Assembly (NCBI GenBank): GCA_905178155.1
Contig: CAJINV010000011.1
Span: 3,239,380 to 3,303,379, forward strand
Origin: Amoebophrya sp. A120
Taxonomy: Eukaryota; Protista; Dinoflagellata
Reading direction: 5' to 3'
Length of the DNA stretch: 64,000 bases
Part shown: one piece after another, positions 61,253 to 64,000 of the stretch
Position numbering within the stretch: position 1 is the first letter of the stretch
Layout of the letters: every line of letters begins with the position of its first letter
Notes under the pieces: model-generated
Databases searched by the model: none
What the model was told of the DNA's origin: nothing
What the model saw: only the letters and a program-made list of their open reading frames with translations
Translations under genes and position numbers: made by a program

Positions 61253-62308
61253 CGTCGTTCTTACCTGTTCTTCTTTTTGTGAAGGTCGATGTCGGTTTAG
61301 AATTAGAAACAAACGAATTTTTTCGTTATTGATCGTTGCTTTTCCTATTCCTCCTGTTCTATTGTTCTGCAAATGCACTTTTTTCAAATTTGGGGAAAGA
61401 AGCCTTTTTTTAATGTAAATTTACAACTTTTTTTCTTTGCAATGTACAGCGAAGTTTGAGAGTTAGCTTAAGCTTCAGGACTGCAGGAGATGCTTCAAGA
61501 GCAACCTCCCAGTTGTTGACCTGGACAAAAAACTCGCAACGAGTTCGCAGATTTCTGTAGTGATTCTCTGGACGCTCTCAGGAAAGCAATCACACTACTG
61601 CTGCTTACATCATACGAGAAATGGAACGGCGTAGGCTTGCAGTAAAAGGAAAGCATGAGCCGCAGGTGCAGAGAGAAAGCGCGCGCTGGCCGGGCCGCCA
61701 TCCCTCAGTGTCACAACGCGTGACGTGTTCTCCTGGCCTTGGTGCCAACTTTTATTCTCATACATTATGGCACTGTAAACTGTAACTAAACATTCATCGA
61801 GCACGAAGACGATTCGTCTTGTGCGGACTTGCTTCCATTGAAAAATCGCATGGAGTGGTGCTTGTAAAATTTCCTTTGCTGCGAAGATCAGGATTCATTT
61901 GGAATGAACTGGTGAAAGCTGCTCGTGTTATTTCGAGAGCAGTCCCAGCGGTTGTCCATTCTTGATCTTACCAATTTATGATGCTCGCGCAAAAGCAAGA
62001 TGGAAGTGATCACTATGGAACGCAGGACGACGATTGATCGAAGTTCCTGGAGAGCACTAACTTACTACTAGAAACCAGCCCGAGTCCGGCACAGACACTC
62101 CCCACGCTTCAGACGTTTTGTGACAGAACATCCTGTAGAGGGGAGTTCATGATGCGAGGAGGACTTCTCAGATCATGGCTGGTTCGTTTATGTCTTTTCG
62201 TCTTCGCTGCTCCGGGAGGGTACAACTACAGCTACGGAATTCATCATCCACTGCAGGTTGTTCCCCTCGTCCTGCTCTGCAGTCGCACCACCGCATTGAA
62301 AATCCCCG

Positions 62309-63503
62309 GTCCGGAGGACAGACACCACAACCCCTTGAGCTGCGGGTCTCGAAGAAGATGAAACCGACATCGTGAACGACCAACAGGTTCTGTACGAGTC
62401 CTACATCACGTTCGACAACGGGCAAGTGTGGGAGGCGGTTCGAACCGATGTGGAGGAGACACCGCTGTCTCTGCCGTCCGCGAAATCCTGCCGGTCCGCA
62501 CCGGGGCTCTTGCTCGGAGTCTCGCCCGAGGCGGAGTTGTACGTGTCGCGCGACGGGGGGCGGCGGTGGGAGCTGAGTCTGCGCGGCCAGTACCACGCGC
62601 AGATTCTCGCCGGCGGCGACATTTTGGTGGCCGCGCCGAACGCGGAAACTGGTGCAAAAGCCAACACGCTGTTGGTATCGACCGACCAGGGCACGACCTG
62701 GTCCGCCGTGAGCCGGCTGAAACCCCTGGGAGGGGGTCGTGGAGACAGGTCGGTTGCGAACGGGGGCAGTCCAGAACAGGACGACATGCAGGCCTTCACG
62801 ATCGGGGACCGCATCTCCGTGGACAGTGACGGCATTCGGCGCGACGAGCGGTTTGCGTCCAACAAGGGAATGACTTCCTCCTCCGCACTGTTCCCCCCAC
62901 CAGTAGCAGATGAAAGAGATGCTCCTGCAGCTGTGTCGATGTCATCAACATCTTCCGACGACGGTAGGAGTGCGACGGACCTTCGTATATCCGGCCTTTT
63001 CACTCACCCCAGTTGCCTCTCCACGGTCGTGTACGTCGAGACCTTCGACACGCAAACCCGCACCTATCGCACCTACACCGTAGACATGGCGGATGCGCAG
63101 TACCAGCGGCTAGGTCTCTGCACGCTCGGAGATCTGGAACCCTTTTCCATTCGCGACGAAAACGACTGCCACCTGGGAGAACGGCTCACTTTCTGGCGCC
63201 GACCGCGGGACGCCAGCTGCCGATCCGCCCACGTCGCCACATCCGAGATTCGCGACGAAACAGCGGATGGTATGAATACTGCCTCCTCTCTCGCGGACCA
63301 CTTCCAGGCAGGGAACAAAGATTTGTGGACCCTCCTCGGTAGAGATACTAGAGGGAATAATGGCGGAGGCGATGCGAACATCAACTTGAGCAATTTGCGG
63401 AGAAATGGGAACAGCGCCAACAACAACATGCAAACAGCGGCGTCAAACGCCATGAGTAATCTAGCCTAGAGTAGTCCGGAGGACAGACACCACAACCCCT
63501 TGA
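62309..63503 (+). repeat. 30-bp perfect direct repeat flanking the copy
   Basis: gtccggaggacagacaccacaaccccttga at 62309-62338 and 63474-63503. Confidence 0.92.
62339..63460 (+). pseudogene. Partial introner-free copy of the VPS10-like gene (matches 51014-~52966 minus three introners)
   Basis: ORF 62372-63469 is nearly identical to the spliced exons; truncated at both ends. Confidence 0.9.
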
Positions 63504-63518
63504 AAAATCGCGCGGATC

Positions 63519-64000
63519 GCCGAGGTGTTTGAAAACAAAAATTCTGCTGCTTGCGAAACGCACACAAAATTGTCTACCCGCAACGAAGTTGAGATTTATG
63601 AAGAAAACCACTATTAGAATTGAAGTTGACGCTGCGTCACATTATACCATCGAAAGTGTAGATGTTCTGGGCTTTTTTGTTTTTCGCCTTCCGGTTGACG
63701 TCCATCGGTGAGCTAGAGAGCAGAACAGCACTCCCTGAGTGATTGCAGGGTTTTTTAGATAGATCTTATCATCTCACAAAGTGCCGATGCTGATTGGACT
63801 ACTCGAGGCCAACATAGCCAATGTAGTCGTGCACTGCGCTGCGACATAACGAAAGATGCCCAGGCTAGCTGCGCACTGAATTTTGACGCGTTCTTGTCGA
63901 CCCGCGGCTGCGGTGCGCCCAGAGGAACCAACCCTGAGGGGGTCGTGGGCATGATGGGACACGTCTGAAGACGGGAAACTGAATCAGTGTTGACCAAACC
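63519..64000 (+). repeat. Near-identical duplicate of 54651-55132 (downstream of the VPS10-like gene), runs off the window
   Basis: About three substitutions seen by eye in 482 nt. Confidence 0.92.

Noticed and set aside
62309-62338. 30-mer as a relic dinoflagellate spliced leader
   Set aside because: No resemblance to the DinoSL consensus DCCGTAGCCATTTTGGCTCAAG
1-64000. Autonomous transposase or reverse transcriptase for the introners; rRNA or tRNA genes
   Set aside because: No DDE, tyrosine recombinase or RT motifs and no structural RNA genes were recognisable by eye

Overview
Eukaryotic protist DNA, most likely an Amoebophrya-type parasitic dinoflagellate (inferred from the intron architecture and gene arrangement). 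About 20 genes all lie on the + strand. They include the ABCE1 3' end, a six-copy tandem array of F-box-like/LRR genes, a bacterial-type SixA, a pectin acetylesterase/Notum-family gene, TBCA, EFHB-like, RED/IK, a MYND-finger gene, a VPS10/sortilin-like receptor, FAM221-like and several unknowns. The dominant hidden structure is 31 non-canonical, MITE-like introns (introners) of 171-578 nt. They begin with TAT and end with ATA (one ends ATC), carry terminal inverted repeats (TIRs), are flanked by 5-nt direct repeats (DRs; 25 of 31 perfect) and all sit inside coding sequence. Removing each element plus one DR restores the reading frame and, in recognisable genes, conserved protein motifs. They form at least five TIR families, occur in both orientations and share an internal TTTGTNATG/CATNACAAA motif. 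The window contains internal controls: a partial second copy of the VPS10 gene lacks three introners precisely, and five F-box paralogues lack the introner found in the sixth. One introner contains a nested poly(A)-tailed insert with an 18-nt target duplication. All coordinates were read by eye, and splicing is inferred from reading-frame restoration, not from transcripts.
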